Assembly (NCBI RefSeq): GCF_963921235.1
Contig: NC_086097.1
Coordinates: 112,346,001 to 112,410,000, forward strand
Direction: 5' to 3'
DNA length: 64,000 nucleotides
From: Mobula hypostoma
Lineage: Eukaryota
Positions within the stretch are counted from its first letter, which is position 1, and every line of letters starts with the position of its first letter. The position numbers and the translations under genes were made by a program. Below are positions 1-13,300 of this stretch, piece after piece. The notes under the pieces were generated by a model that ran no database searches, was not told the origin of the DNA, and saw only the letters and a list, made by a program, of their open reading frames with translations.

Positions 1-87
1 GATACAGATGGGTACAATTACAAAAAGACATTTTGATCGGCAGATGGATAAGGAAAGCTTTACATAGATATGAGCCAAGCACAGACA

Positions 88-310
88 AGGTAGTGTAGCA
101 GTTAGTGTAATGTTATTACAGTGCTAATGATCCAGATTCAGTTCTGCCTCTCTCTGAACGAGTTTGCACATCCTCCCCATTACTGTGTGGGTTTCCTCTT
201 GGTGTTCTGGTTTCCTCCCACATTCCAAAGACACACAGGTTCATAAGTTAATTAATCACAATTAGGCAGTGTACAGTGGGCTAGAAGGGCCTGCTACTGT
301 GCTGTATTTC
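88..310 (+). mobile_element. tRNA-derived V-SINE (HE1-like). Other copies: ~5345-5630(-), 15143-15455(-), 17615-17895(-), 21300-21610(-), 22040-22215(-), 26730-27010(+), 34045-34290(-), 46860-47180(-), 49200-49460(+), 54890-55175(-)
   Basis: V-domain core gagtttgcac..ctcccc..gtgggtttcctc..ggtg.tc.ggtttcctcccaca.tccaaagac, with a decayed A/B-box head. Confidence 0.82.
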
Positions 311-414
311 AGACATAGATACCCAGCTTCCAACAGGATGCAAATTAGGTGGCTTCCATACTGCTAATAAAAACTCATTTGCTTTAATATTGCTAATAAA
401 GACCAATCCACTTT

Positions 415-820
415 GATGTTGGATGATATCAAAGCAAAATGAGGGAAAACTCGAAGCTGTAGAAATATGTTTTTTGAGAAGAATGATAAAAATATCGTGG
501 AAGGACAGAGTAACAGATGAGGAGGTGTTGCAAAAAACTGGAATAAGAAGAGGGCTGATATCATCAATCAGGAAATGGTAGCTGGAATTTTTGGGACACA
601 TACTGAGAAAAGAGAAGCTCAACATCTTGCAGTGATGGGAAAAATTGATGAATGAGAAAAGTCCCAGTCAACAGCACATGACATTCATAAGCTCCAGCAA
701 GAGATGGACAAGCAAAAGTTTTGAGGAACTTATTAGAACTTCTCAGATTAAAGACAGATGGAAGACCATGATCGCCCATGTTACATGACTCGGCACATAA
801 TGATGATATGATGATGATCT
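415..820 (+). mobile_element. RTE-clade LINE 3' fragment
   Basis: Encodes EAVEICFLRRMIKISWKDRVTDEEVL, an RTE C-terminal signature, and ends in a (tga)n-like tail. Confidence 0.75.
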
Positions 821-1769
821 GATGTCAGAAGAAGTGAAAAAATTGAATAGCAGTTACTGACACAAGCACAGTATGGATATCAAATGATTAAGTAAATGGG
901 CTGTTTGACATGTGTTTTTCTTTTCTTTGTTGAAAAATTATTGCCACTACTCTGAGAACGAACAGTTCTCAGCCATTTTGAGATAAAGAGCACAATGCAA
1001 AACTGCCGTTTCAGATCAAATCCAGTCTCGATCATCTGGAGGAAGACTTTTCTTTAAGTTTCTCTTAAAAAATTAGAGAGTTAGAGATAGACAAACTAGT
1101 TTCATAGAGCAATTCAATGCCTAAAAGTAGTGGAAAGCAAGTAGAGATGTAAGGACTCTAATGAAGGGCCTCAGCCTGAAACACTTACTCTTTATTCTTC
1201 TCCATAGATGCTGCCTGACTTCTTGAGTTCCTCCAGCATTTTGCATGTATTACAGAGAATAAACAAATGCTGGTGAAGTTTATTGATAAGTGTTTTGATT
1301 CTGACCTGAAGAGAAGGCTACTGTCGAGGAAGTAAATACTGAATTAGCTGTAACACCATAAGATCACAAGCTATAGGAGCAGATTTAGGCCATTTGGCTT
1401 ATCAAATCTTCTCCGCCATTTCATCAAGGCTGATCCATTTTCCTTCTCAGCCCCAATCTCCTATCTTCTCCCCATATCCCTTCATACCCTGCCTAATCAA
1501 TAATCTATCAATCTCTGCCTTAAATATACCTAATGATTTGGTCTCCACAGCCACCTGTGGCAACAAATTTCACAGATTCATCGCTCTCTGGCTAAAGATA
1601 TTCCTCCTCATCTCCATTCTAAAACTAAAAGTGATGTTAAGGGATGTTATGAAAAACAGAAATTGTGCAGTGAGCTAGTCAGTAATGCTAAAAAAAATGT
1701 AATTTTGGCAGGCTGTTCCAATCCTTCTGCAGTGAGGTGAATTTAATTAAACCAAAAGAGGGCAGCATA

Positions 1770-1890
1770 ATTGCAGTTGGAGTGTTTTAGATGACATAAA
1801 CATATGGCCTATCTGCCTTCTCAGGTAGACAGAAAAAGATCCCATATTCAAGGATGAGTTAGAGGAAGTACAGGGTCAGTAGCACTGCCC
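1770..1890 (+). mobile_element. Ancient Deu-domain SINE remnant (others at ~60355-60445 + and 61200-61330 -)
   Basis: gatgacataaa..ggcctatctgccttctcaggtagac..aaagatcccat resembles the recalled Deu-SINE core. Confidence 0.55.
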
Positions 1891-2583
1891 TCCATAGCAG
1901 ACAAAATAAGTTTGAGGAAATGGGAATGCAAGCTTTGAATGCAGACAATGCACCTAAACAGGAAAATCTGAACCATTATTACTTGTGAATGTTTAAAAAA
2001 TACATGCCTTGATAGATAAGGGCTTTTGGTAGAAATTTTATTGGTATTTCCATGGCAATAAATGAGTTTACATAATTGCAGACAGGAACCACCCATTCAG
2101 CAGAGTCCCTTATTGCATCTGTGCCCTCTGATAACATGCTTTTCACAACAGGTAAAAATGATATATAGCAGTATTTGTTCCTTGGAAAATTAAGTGAGGT
2201 CTAGGAAGAGCAGGAAAATTGAGGCAAAGGAAAACAAAATTAAAACAATTTGAGGATTGGACTGGAAAGAAAAAGATAATGGTGAGGATCTACATGAATG
2301 GCAGATCAGGCTGAAGGGACCTCCTCCTGCTCCTACTTCTTATGCTCTTATGTTATTGCAATAGGTGGTTCTATTCACCAAACTGTTGCAATGACATCCA
2401 GCCAAAAAATATTTTGGGACATTGTATCCACAGAGTTTTAGGTACAAATGGTCTCAATATTAAGGCATCATTCAATCAAGTGTGATGTTAAGAAGGTCTG
2501 GAAAAATTGATGTCAATGGCAACCACAGCGGAACTCTGTAATGCTCATAATTTTCACAGTTTTAAATTAAGTAACTTTTAGAT

Positions 2584-2663
2584 CAGGGGTTCCCAACCCT
2601 TTTTATGCCAATGAGCTTTACCATTAACTGAGAGATCCGTGAACCCCAGGTTGGGAAACCCTG
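2584..2663. mobile_element. ~80-bp hAT (Charlie-like) MITE
   Basis: TIRs caggggttcccaacc / ggttgggaaaccctg, with an 8-bp TSD ttttagat/atttagat. Confidence 0.8.
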
Positions 2664-2777
2664 ATTTAGATCAATGATTAAATTCAGGTTGAGTCCACAG
2701 CTCATGCCCAGAAAGAAATGATATGTTTTGGGCTGTAATATGAACTGCCAAACATATTTATATTGAATATATACCTT

Positions 2778-3220
2778 GTGGCCACTGTATTAGGTACACT
2801 TGTATGACCACTCATTAATACAAATAGCTAATCAGCCAATCACGTGGAAGCAACTCAATACATAAAGCATGCAGGCATAGTCAAGAGGTTCAGTTGTTGT
2901 TCAGACCAAATATCAGCATGGGGAAGAAATGTGATCTAAGTGACTTTGACTGTGGAATGTTTGTTGGAGCCAGACGATCTGGTTTGAGTATCTCAGAAAC
3001 TGCTCATCTCCTGAGTTTACAGAGAATTATGTGAAAAATAATTTTTAAAAAAAATATCCAATAAGCAACAGTTCTGTGGGTGAAAATGCCTTGTTAATGA
3101 GAGGAGAATGGTCAGACTGGTTCAAGCTGACAGAAAGGTGACAGTAATTCGAATAACTGTGTGTTACATCAGTAGTGTGCAGAAGACTATCTCTGAAAGC
3201 ACAGGTCAAAGGCTTGAAGT
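2778..3220 (+). mobile_element. Tc1/mariner DNA transposon 5' fragment
   Basis: From ATG 2918: MGKKCDLSDFDCGMFVGARRSGLSISETAHLL, the Tc1 paired-like N-terminus. It is preceded by the TIR-like gtggccactgtattaggtacac. Confidence 0.8.
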
Positions 3221-4458
3221 ATATATATATTCAGTGGACAATGATTGTAGAAAGAACATACATGTGATAGTCCAGTGAAGTAATCAAAATCGATTGGCAG
3301 TCATGCAGTTTACTTAGAACTCTATATCTATCATCTGAGTTCCTGTGATATGCTGCATACTGAGTCGATGTGAAATATGTGGTTATAATTTCTAAGCTTG
3401 GTTGGATTGCCTCCAGGACAGTTGTATAAATTAACTATTTCCATGGCAACAGTTTTTGTGGCTTATGCAGTTAAATACAACTTCACGCAAGACTCGGTCA
3501 AAAAGATAAGCCTTGGGATACTTAATAGTCACAGGAGAACACAAAAAATCTCCTTCATAGGAAAACATTGTTTCCCCATTAAATCCTAATGGACAAATAG
3601 GGTGTTAACTTTCTGAAACAGGAAATATTCCAACCATGTAGGGGCATTTCATCAACATATTCAAATATTGCTGATTTTTGTAGAATGAGGCACCCAAATG
3701 TGCTTCACCAGCAAGATTTAAATATATTAGTGAAGTTGCTCATTTAAATGTCACAATCCCCAATCTGGTTTCCCAGGTTTTTGAATACTGTCAGATAAAC
3801 AAAGGTGAAGACTCTTGTCTCCTGAAGTTGTGCTTTTTGCAATACTTCTCATGAGGCAAGAGAAACAGGAATGTTTTCCAACAGCTCGAAATCCTCAGCC
3901 TTCTCTAAGCAAGTTGCCCCTCCCAGCTCTGCAGCAGAAGACATTAGCCTTACTGTTTTGCTGCATCTCTAGTGCTTTCTGTCTGTCTACTACTATCCCT
4001 TATTAGTATCAGCCCCACCTCCTTCATAATCGACGTGAAATCTAATGATATATCCTCCATAACTAGCCTTTTCAGTGGGTGGAAAACTGCACATGGCTTT
4101 CTTATTTTATAAGAAATTCCATTCCTCTAAAATGGAAGGCAGGGGCAAAAATGATGGTAAACATTTCACCATGGAAGGAAAAAACTGAAATGCCTCAGCA
4201 TGAATTAAATAAATCAAATTTTAATCAGAAATGAAACTGGGATGAGTACAACACTTCAAAAAGTAAATTACTTTCATTTGTTGGCTCCTCATATATCTGA
4301 GTTAGTGAATATGAGGAAGATACTCAAACATAGCTGATGTCCTGCTCCCTTACTGAACTCAGTAGCAATTTCTCATTGCTGAAGAAATGGACATCATGTT
4401 TAGTGCTTTTGATGAGCCTAAGTAAAAAGTTAAACGCAGACAACACTTTAAATGTTTT

Positions 4459-4558
4459 ACTCAACACGCACAAAATGCTGGTGGAATACAGCAGGCCAGA
4501 CAGCATTCATAGGAAGAAGCACAGGCGATGTTTCAGCCTGAGACCCTTCGTCAGGACA
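4459..4558 (-). mobile_element. Penelope pLTR fragment with partly decayed hammerhead (further decayed copies at ~1150-1250 +, ~50790-50890 +, ~53330-53460 +)
   Basis: Reverse complement gtcctgacgaagggtctcaggctgaaacatc, plus the shared atagatgctgcctgacctgctgagttcctccagca-type tail. Confidence 0.75.
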
Positions 4559-7500
4559 AAAGAGAAGCTCTGGTTGTCCGAGGTCAATCTTCTTTTGCTA
4601 AGGGGCAACATCTCAAGTTCAAATCACCTCCTTCATCAGTTACCTTCCTCTCGTAACAAGGTTAGAACTGGATCAAATTTGCTCTCAACTCTTTAAAGTG
4701 AACCAGTTTATGTATGCGTGCAGCAGTATCTGGACAATATTCAGACATGAGTTGATAAATGTTAAAACACATTTGAACCATACAAACGGTAGTTTATGAT
4801 CATTCTCCTAGAACAGAGTCCAGCCATCTCCCCTTGATATTCAGTGGCATTAACATTGACAATTCACGATATATGTGATATATGTCGGTGATATTAAATA
4901 TGATTCTGGAGTCATCATATCAACTCCATAAAGGTCCCTAGAAACCTAAATGGATCAGCCACATAATTACTATCAAAAGCTATGTTTCCTCTAGTGAATA
5001 AATCATTCTCTGATCCTCAAGAGCCTTTCTACCATTAACAAGCACAAATAGGAAGTGTCTTCATTTACCTGCATGAATGCAGCTCCAAACCATGCAAGAC
5101 TGTCAATGCCATCAGAATAAAATACCTTGAAATTCCACCTTACACTCTTCAACAGTACATACCATCTAAAGCTCACAGCAGTTACTCATTTAAGTTTCTT
5201 CCAAAGCATCTCCAACTCTAGTTTCCTCCACACTCTAAAGACCAAGGGCAGCTGAACATCCCTATCAACATTATCAAAGAGATTACTGAAGGCAAAGAAG
5301 GTGCTCACCATCAGTTTGGATCACACTGCCTGTGAATAATCTATTTTATTTTTTAATTTGGAGATACAGTGTGGAACAGGCCCTTCCGGCACACCGTCCC
5401 TGACCACCAATTCACCCCCAGCCTAATCACAGGACAATTTATAATGGGCCATTAACCTACTAACCAAGTTTTCTTTGGACTGTGGGAGGAAGCAAGAGCA
5501 CCCAGAGGAAACTCAGGCACACCTGGGAAGGACATACAAACTTTCTTTCAGAGTACGCCAGAACAGCGCTCCAAACTCTGATGCCCCTAGCTGTAGTAGC
5601 ATCGTGCTAACCATGATGCTACATCCGTCACTCAAAAAATAAGCACTGCTATAGGCTTCATACTACATCTTGCAGACCGCACCTAGTACCAGTTAATTCA
5701 ACCCCGATAGTTGAATTTCCAAACAGATTACTGGCGTAACATCCTATCCCTTTCAAGAAAAGGTGCATGTAATTAACATTCCCAACTCCTCACAATGTAC
5801 CAGGGCTTGAGGGGGTACCTGGGCAGGGTACCAAAAACCTGTGCTGAACAACAATCTGGAATGATTATAGACATCTTCAACTTTTCATTGCTGTAATCAA
5901 AGTTTTCCACCTGCTTCAAAAGTGCAGCAATCTTACTGGTGCCCAAGAAGAGCAGGGTGAATTGCCTCAATGACGATCAAAGTTCAAAGTTCTTTCTTGC
6001 AGGCACTCACAGTAAATACAAGAAACATAACAGAATCAATGAAAGACCGCCGCAACAGGATGGACACACAACCAATGTGCAAAAGGCAACAAATTGTGCA
6101 AATACGGAAAGAAAGGAAAAAAGAAACAATAATGATAATAATAATAAATAGGCAAGCAATAAATATCAAGAACATGAGATGAAGAGTTCTTAAAAGTGAG
6201 CCAATGGGTTGTAGAAACAGATTGGAGATGGGCTGAGTGAAGTTGAGAGAAGCTATCCCCTCTGGTTCAAGAGCCTTAAGGTTGAGAGGTAATAATTGTC
6301 CCTAAGTTTTCTGGTGTGGGTCCTGAGACTCCTGTACATCCTTCCTGGTGGTAGCAATGAGAAGAGCAGAGCATGGCCTGGATGGTGGGGTCCTTGATGG
6401 ACACTGGTTTCCTGTGATAGCACTCTATGTAGATGTGCTCAATGGTGGGGAGGGCTTTACCCATGACGGACTGGGCCATATCCACTACTTTTTGTAGGTT
6501 TTTTCATTCAAGGGCATTGGTGTTTCCATACCAGGCTGTGAAGCAGCCAATCAATACACTTTCCACCACACTATAGAAGTTTGTCAAAGTTTTAAGTATC
6601 ATGCTAAATCTCTCAAACATCTTAGAAAGTATAGGCACTGTTAAGCTTTCTTTGTAATGGCACTTACGTGCTGGACCCAGGACAGGTCCTTTGAAATGGT
6701 AACACTGAGGAATTTAAAGTTGCTGACTCTCTCCACCTCTGATCTCCCGATGAGGACTGGCTCATGGACCTCTCATTTCCTCCTCCTGAAGTCAATGATC
6801 AGCTCCTTGGTCTTGCTAACATTGATTGAGAGGCTGTTGTTGTGGCACCACTCAGCTAGGTTTTCAATTTCTCTCCTATATGTTGATTCATCACTATCTT
6901 TGGTTCAGCCAACAATAGTAGTGTTGTCGGCAAACTCAAATATGGTATTGGAGGTTTGCTTAACTTCACAGTCATAAGTATAAAGCAAGTAGAGCAGGGG
7001 GCTAAGCACACAGACTTGTGGTGCAGCTGTGCTGATGGTGATTGCAGGGGAAATGTTGTTGCCAATCCAACCTGACTGGGATATTGAGGGTCCAGTTGGA
7101 CAAGGAGGTATTAAGACCCAGGTCTTGAAGCTTATTGATTAGTTTTGAGTGGATGATAGTATTGAAGTTGTAGTCAATGAAGAGCATCCTGATATATGCA
7201 TCTTCACTGCACAGATGTTCCCATGTTAAGCGAAGAGCCAATGGCATCCGCTGTGCCCTGATGGCAAATTGGAGCAGATCCAAGCCGCTTCTCAGGCAGG
7301 AATTGATATGTTTCATCACTAACCTCTCAAAGCACCTGATCACAGTGGATGTAACTGCTACTGCACGATCATCACTGAGGCAGGTTAACCAGTTCCTCTT
7401 AGGCACTAGTATGAAAGCTGCTTGAAGCAAGTGGTTACTGTAGACTGCCAAAGTGAGATGTTTAGCACAAGTCTTGAGTTCTCGGCCAGGTACCCCATGT

Positions 7501-8855
7501 GTGACGTATGCCTTCCATGGGTTCACCTTCCTGAAGGATGCTCTCACATTGGCCTTGGACCACTGAAATCACATGGTCATCAAGGGCTGTGGGAGTTTGT
7601 GAAGGTGTTTTGACGGTCAAAGTGTGCATAAAAGGCACTGAGCTCATTTGGGAGTGAAACCTTGTTGTCACTTATATTGCTTGGTTCCACTTTGTAGGAG
7701 GTGATAGCATTCCAGCTCTGCCACAGCTGTCAAGCATCCATCAGTGATTCAAGATTAGTCCAGAATTGCCACTTTGCATGTGAGATGGCTTTCCGGAGAT
7801 CGTACCTGGACCTTTTTTTATCTTACTTGGTTGCTAGACCTGTATGCTACTGATCTGGCCCTCAGCAGATTGCAGATCTCATATTTCATCCAGTAGCTTC
7901 TTGTTGGGGACACACTCATCTACGACTATTTTTATGAAGTCCGTGACCCTAAGGCATTTTCGTTCAGATTCTCTGATGAGTCCTTAAACACTGCCTAGTG
8001 CACTGACTCGATGCAATCTGGTAGCCACACCATGCCTCCTGCTACTACCTCTTAATTTTTCCTTGCTTCTGGAGCTTTGCTCTTTAGCCTCTGCCTGTGT
8101 GCAGGTAGGAGGAAGATAAACAAATGGTCAGATCTCCAAAATGTGCTCTAGGGAGCTTTATGGTAGTGTAGCAGTGCTCGAGTGTGTTTGGGCCCTCGGT
8201 GTTGCAGATGATATGTCGATGCTAATTGGGCAGAGATTTCTTCAAGCAAGCCTGATTAAAGTCCCCAACAATGATTTGAAAAGCATTGGGGTAGGCTGTT
8301 TCTTGTTTGCTGATGGCGGCACTCAGGAACTCCTTAGTATTGTACTTTGCAGTATGTAAACTGTGGTCAGGATTACGGAACAGAACCCTCTAGGTAAGTA
8401 GAGTGATTGGCACTTAATCATTAGATGTTCCAGGTTGAAGGAACAAGAGTGCATCGACCACTGTGTTTGAGCACCACAAAACGTTTATCATGAAATACAG
8501 ACCCCTCGTCTTTTGCCTTCTCCTAATCAGCAGTCTGGTCCATCCAGTGTATTGAAAAGCCATCAGCTCTTACTGACCTATCTGGCTTGACTGGAGAGAG
8601 CCATGTCTCCATGAAACACGGAATGCAGCAATTCCTCATTTCCCTCTGATACAACAATCTTGTCCTTAGGTCCTCAATCTTGCTCCCCAAAGACTGTACA
8701 TTTGCATACAAAGTACTAGGTAGGGGAAGTTTCTTACCCCAGCATTTTAGTCTGGCTGGAGTCCTTCTGGCCTTGGTGATGTGCCTTCATCCACTTAAAG
8801 GTGCACTCCTGAGAGCTTAGTCTGCCAAGTCCTTCAGAAGATTGTAAAATCACTA

Positions 8856-10304
8856 CACACATAAAAGTTGCTGGTGAACGCAGCAGGCCAGGCAGCATCT
8901 CTAGGAAGAGGTGCAGTCGACGTTTCAGGCCGAGACCCTTCGTCAGGACTAACTGGAGGAAGAGTGAGTAAGGGATTTGAAAGTTGGAGGGGGAGGGGGA
9001 GATCCAAAATGATAGGAGAAGACAGGAGGGGGAGGGATGGAGCCAAGAGCTGGACAGGTGATAGGCAAAAGGGATACGAGAGGATCATGGGACAGGAGGT
9101 CCGGGAAGAAAGACAAGGAGGGTGGGGGGGGGGGACCCAGAGGATGGGCAAGGGGTATATTCAGAGGGACAGAGGGAGAAAAAGGAGAGCGAGAGAAAGA
9201 AAGTGTGTATAAAAATAAGTAATAGATGGGGTATGAGGGGGAGGTGGAGCATTAGCGGAAGTTAGAGAAGTCGATGTTCATGCCATCAGGTTGGAGGCTA
9301 CCCAGATGGAATATAAGGTGTTGTTCCTCCAACCTGAGTGTGGCTTCATCTTTACAGTAGAGGAGGCCGTGGATAGACATGTCAGAATGGGAATGGGATG
9401 TGGAATTAAAATGTGTGGCCACTGGGAGATCCTGCTTTCTCTGGCGGACAGAGCGTAGGTGTTCAGCAAAGCGGTCTCCCAGTCTGCGTCGAGTCTCGCC
9501 AATATATAAAAGGCCACATCGGGAGCACCGGACGCAGTATATCACCCCAGCCAACTCACAGGTGAAGTGTTGCCTCACCTGGAAGGACTGTTTGGGGCCC
9601 TGAATGGTGGTAAGGGAGGAAGTGTAAGGGCATTGTTCCGCTTACAAGGATAAGTGCCAGGAGGGAGATTAGTGGGGAGGGATGAGGGGGACGAATGGAC
9701 GAGGGATTTGCGTAGGGAGCGAGCCCTGAGGAATGCAGAAAGGGGGGGGAGGGAAAGATGTGCTTAGTGGTGGGATCCCGTTGGAGGTGGCGGAAGTTAC
9801 GGAGAATAATATGTTGGACCCGGAGGCTGGTGGGGTGGTAGGTGAGGACCAGGGGAACCCTATTCCTAGTGGGGTGGCGGGAGGATGGAGTGAGAGCAGA
9901 TGTACGTGAAATGGGAGAGATGCGTTTAAGAGTAGAGTTGATAGTGGAGGAAGGGAAGCCCCTTTCTTTAAAAAAGGAAGACATCTCCCTCGTCCTAGAA
10001 TGAAAAGCCTCATCCTGAGAGCAGATGCGGCGGAGACGGAGGAATTGCGAGAAAGGGATGGCGTTTTTGCAAGAGACAGGGTGAGAAGAGGAATAGTCCA
10101 GATAGCTGTGAGAGTCAGTAGGCTTATAGTAGACATCAGTGGATAAGCTGTCTCCAGAGACAGAGACAGAAAGATCTAGGAAGGGGAGGGAGGTGTCGGA
10201 AATGGACCAGGTAAACTTGAGGGCAGGGTGAAAGTTGGAGGCAAAGTTAATAAAGTCAACGAGCTCCGCATGCGTGCAGGAAGCAGCACCAATGCAGTCG
10301 TCGA
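8856..10304 (-). mobile_element. 5'-truncated Penelope-like retroelement (RT C-terminus, GIY-YIG endonuclease, pLTR)
   Basis: The minus strand starts at YIDDCIGAAS and ends with VIYCVRCSRCGLLYIGETRRRLGDRFAEH...FSNFR* (stop at 9252), with frameshifts. There is a 13-bp TSD, tgtaaaatc(a/g)cta, at 8843-8855 and 10305-10317. Confidence 0.92.
8914..8951 (-). ncRNA. Minimal type-I hammerhead ribozyme (Penelope pLTR), intact core
   Basis: The minus strand reads UAGUC-CUGACGA-AGGGUCUCGGCCU-GAAA-CGUC^GACUG. This gives the CUGANGA/GAAA core, stem I UAGUC/GACUG, a short stem II and a palindromic ACGU stem III. Confidence 0.8.
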
Positions 10305-13300
10305 TGTAAAATCGCTAGTTCGTTAAGCTGGTTTAAAAGTATACAACTTCAAGGGAAAATACAGGCTGTAGATTGCAGCGATAATATTCCAAAAGAGGTA
10401 TAGCGAGAAGTTTGGTGTGCAGCCTGCAAAATGTCGCTGTGCCTCACCAGCGCCATCTATTGCCCGGCAGCACTCATAATGACTGTGATGAAGTGCTTTG
10501 AGAGGTTGGTCTAGAATTAAGTCATGCCTGAGTGAGTATCTGGACCCATCGTAAATTACCTGCCTTAGGTCCACAGTGGATCCAATATTACTATCTCTCC
10601 AGCTGGACAACAATAATACTTATATGAGATTGCTGTTGATTACACTCAGCACTGAACATCATCTTCGCCTCAGTACTCATCAACAAGCTTTGAAACCTTG
10701 GCCTCCATACCTCCCTCTGAAACTGGATCTACTGCTTCCCTATTAGGAGACCACAATCAGTATAGATCAGTAATAACATCTTGTCCTAGCTAATAATCAA
10801 CCTATTAACACTTCCAGAATGCGTGTTTATCCCACTGCTCTGCTCTCTCTACACTCAAAACTCTGTGGTTAGGCACCGATCAAATTCTGTATATAAATTC
10901 ACCAATAACACTATTGCTGTTGGCAGAATCTCAAATGATGAGCAAAAGTATACAGGACTGAGAGAGATTGGCTAGTTGATCTAGCAACCTTGCACTCAAC
11001 ACCAGTAACACCAAGGATTTGATCGTGGACTTCAGGGAAGGAAGTCCAAAGAACACACAACTGTCCCCATTGACGGAAAATCAACGAAAAATGTGAGGAG
11101 CTTCAAGATCCAGGGGATCAGTATCTCGGAAGATCTATCCTGGGATCAACAGGTTGATGCAATTGCGATGTAGGTACACCAGCGCCTCTACTCCAGGAGT
11201 CTGAGTGGGTTTGGTATGTCATCAAAGAATGTTGCAAATTTCTGCAGATGTATGGTGGAGATCATTCTGATTGGTTCCATCACTGCAAGGATTGGACAAG
11301 GCTGCAGAGGATTGTAGACCCAGCTGCTTCATCATGAGCATGACCCTCCACATCATCAAAGACATCTTCACAAGGCAGTGCCTCAAGAAGGTTGCATCCA
11401 TCATTAACGACCCTCTGCTTGTCGCTGTCATTGGTGAGGAGATACAAGAGGCTGAAGACCCACAATCAAAGCTTTAGGACCAGTCCACTCCCTTCCAGCT
11501 TCAAATTTCTGAACGGTTTCTGAACTCATGAACATTACCTTGTTATTCCCCTTCGGTACTATTTATTTATTTGTTTCTAACTTACAGTAACGTTCTACCG
11601 CTAGTAACTGTACTGTTGCTGCAAAACAAGAAACTTCATGACATTGGATAATAAATCTGATTCTCATTCTGATTTATCTTCCTAATCTATAAGCTCTTCC
11701 AATTTATAAACTGAAGTAAACATGCATCACCGTCTTAATCCTCTTCCTTTTCCACATTCCCTTCTCCTTTGAGAAACCAAGATCCAGCAAAGTCAACCAG
11801 GAAGCTGATCGCGCTCTCAACTTTACAGAAGCCACCTGCCGACATAACGATACCTGATCTGATTTAGAACATATCATTCAACTCCAAGCTGGAGATGGTG
11901 AGAAAAAGAGCATATGTCCTGTAGCCAGAACAGAGGCAACGACAGCATAGGCTGAAGGGTGAGTTTTCAAACAGGACTGCAACAGACATTTCAGTCAAGA
12001 ACTAAGGCTGCAAGGAAGCTGAAGTTTTTGTACATAGATCATTTGCTCAACTGAGAGGCCTATCAGAAAATTTATCTAACATCAAGGAGAAAGTAACAAA
12101 GCAACTTGAGAAAAGGCTTTGTGTAGAATTTGAGCCAATTCTTTAAAATACAGAACAGGTTGTCAACTCTATGCACACATTCAAGGATTGCAACCATAAC
12201 AGAATATTTAATAACCAATGTCAGATCATCAATTGCAACAGAAACAGCAGTCATCATCACCCTGACTACTGCAGCAGAAGCTCTAGTTACTATGATGAAG
12301 GTCAATTTTGTGGCACTCAAATTTCGATTCTTATCTTCATGAACAGGGGTTACAATGTCAAAAGTGCCTTGTGGTTGTAACTGGGTCTGTTACCTTGTGG
12401 TTGTTACCTGCTTTATGCTCTTGGGAAGACACCATTCTTCTACTGACCCTTGTCAGATTGCAAACTCCTGTCAGAAGGAAATCAGACTCATTCAGTTCTA
12501 TGTCGCCGTGTGAAGGTGCAGATTGGCACTGCATTCTTGTGGTGCTCTGGGATGGGTCTGGTATCCACAGCCAAGATCTAACCTTCAACCCCAGACTTGT
12601 GCGACATTTACCTACTGCTTGTGTTAACAGGAATTAACTATCTGGAATCTGTTTTTTGAGATTTTGAATAAAATATCTATTTGCCATTGCTGCTCTTTGC
12701 TATTTCTAACCTAGCTGTCAGGTCAGAGTAACCAGAGTTAAGATTAGGACTGCATAAGATAAATTAGTATTGTTTAAATGATGAGAAACTAGAAATTGGA
12801 GAGGATCAAACAGGTTTGAGAATCCAAGTGAAGATATAATTTAATGTTAGTTGGTACAAGGATTTATTCTGAGGAATGGAGGGTCACTGGCCAGCAAGGA
12901 AAGTTGAAAGACACATCTAAAAAATTTTTGGGCCTGAAAGGCAGAAAAATACAAATGCTAGAAATCGGAAACAAAAATAGAAAATATTCATGATAAGCAC
13001 GTCAATCAGCATCTTTGGAGATAGAGAACTAGTATTTCAGTTTGACATTTCAACTATTTTTATTTTATCTTTTGGGCCCCATGCAGGCCCTTGCGATCTT
13101 ACATTCAAGGGTCCGCATGGAACTTCAATCTGAATGCTGCTTTCTTCATTGGGCCTGATCTAAATTGTTAATCACTGCCCTCCTTCCTGCAAGTGTCCTA
13201 CTCAATGATGGGGGCCAATAAGGAGCACGCCCGAGAGAAAGTTGGTTCACAGGGAGTAACAAGTTCAAATTCATTTCGCCGCATTCCTATCCTGTCCACA

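Larger units (their letters stand above)
5969..10456 (-). mobile_element. Near full-length decayed Rex/Babar-type LINE (APE endonuclease + RT), interrupted by the Penelope element
   Basis: ORF fragments YANVQSLGSKIEDLR...CFMETWL (APE) and DLLQFA...YIRMLFIDY.FNTII (RT). The (tttgaac)n-type 3' tail is at 5969. Confidence 0.82.
5800..11672 (+). mobile_element. Old Rex/Babar-type LINE RT, split (5800-5968 and ~10457-11672) by a younger insertion
   Basis: ...PKKSRVNCLND | RPAALIMTVMKCFERLV... is contiguous RT coding across the insertion. The 3' tail is aataaatctgattctcattctga. Confidence 0.75.

Noticed and set aside
11700..12640. Cluster of short ORFs on both strands
   Set aside because: No recognisable domain or consistent exon boundaries. 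It is possibly an old unclassified repeat.
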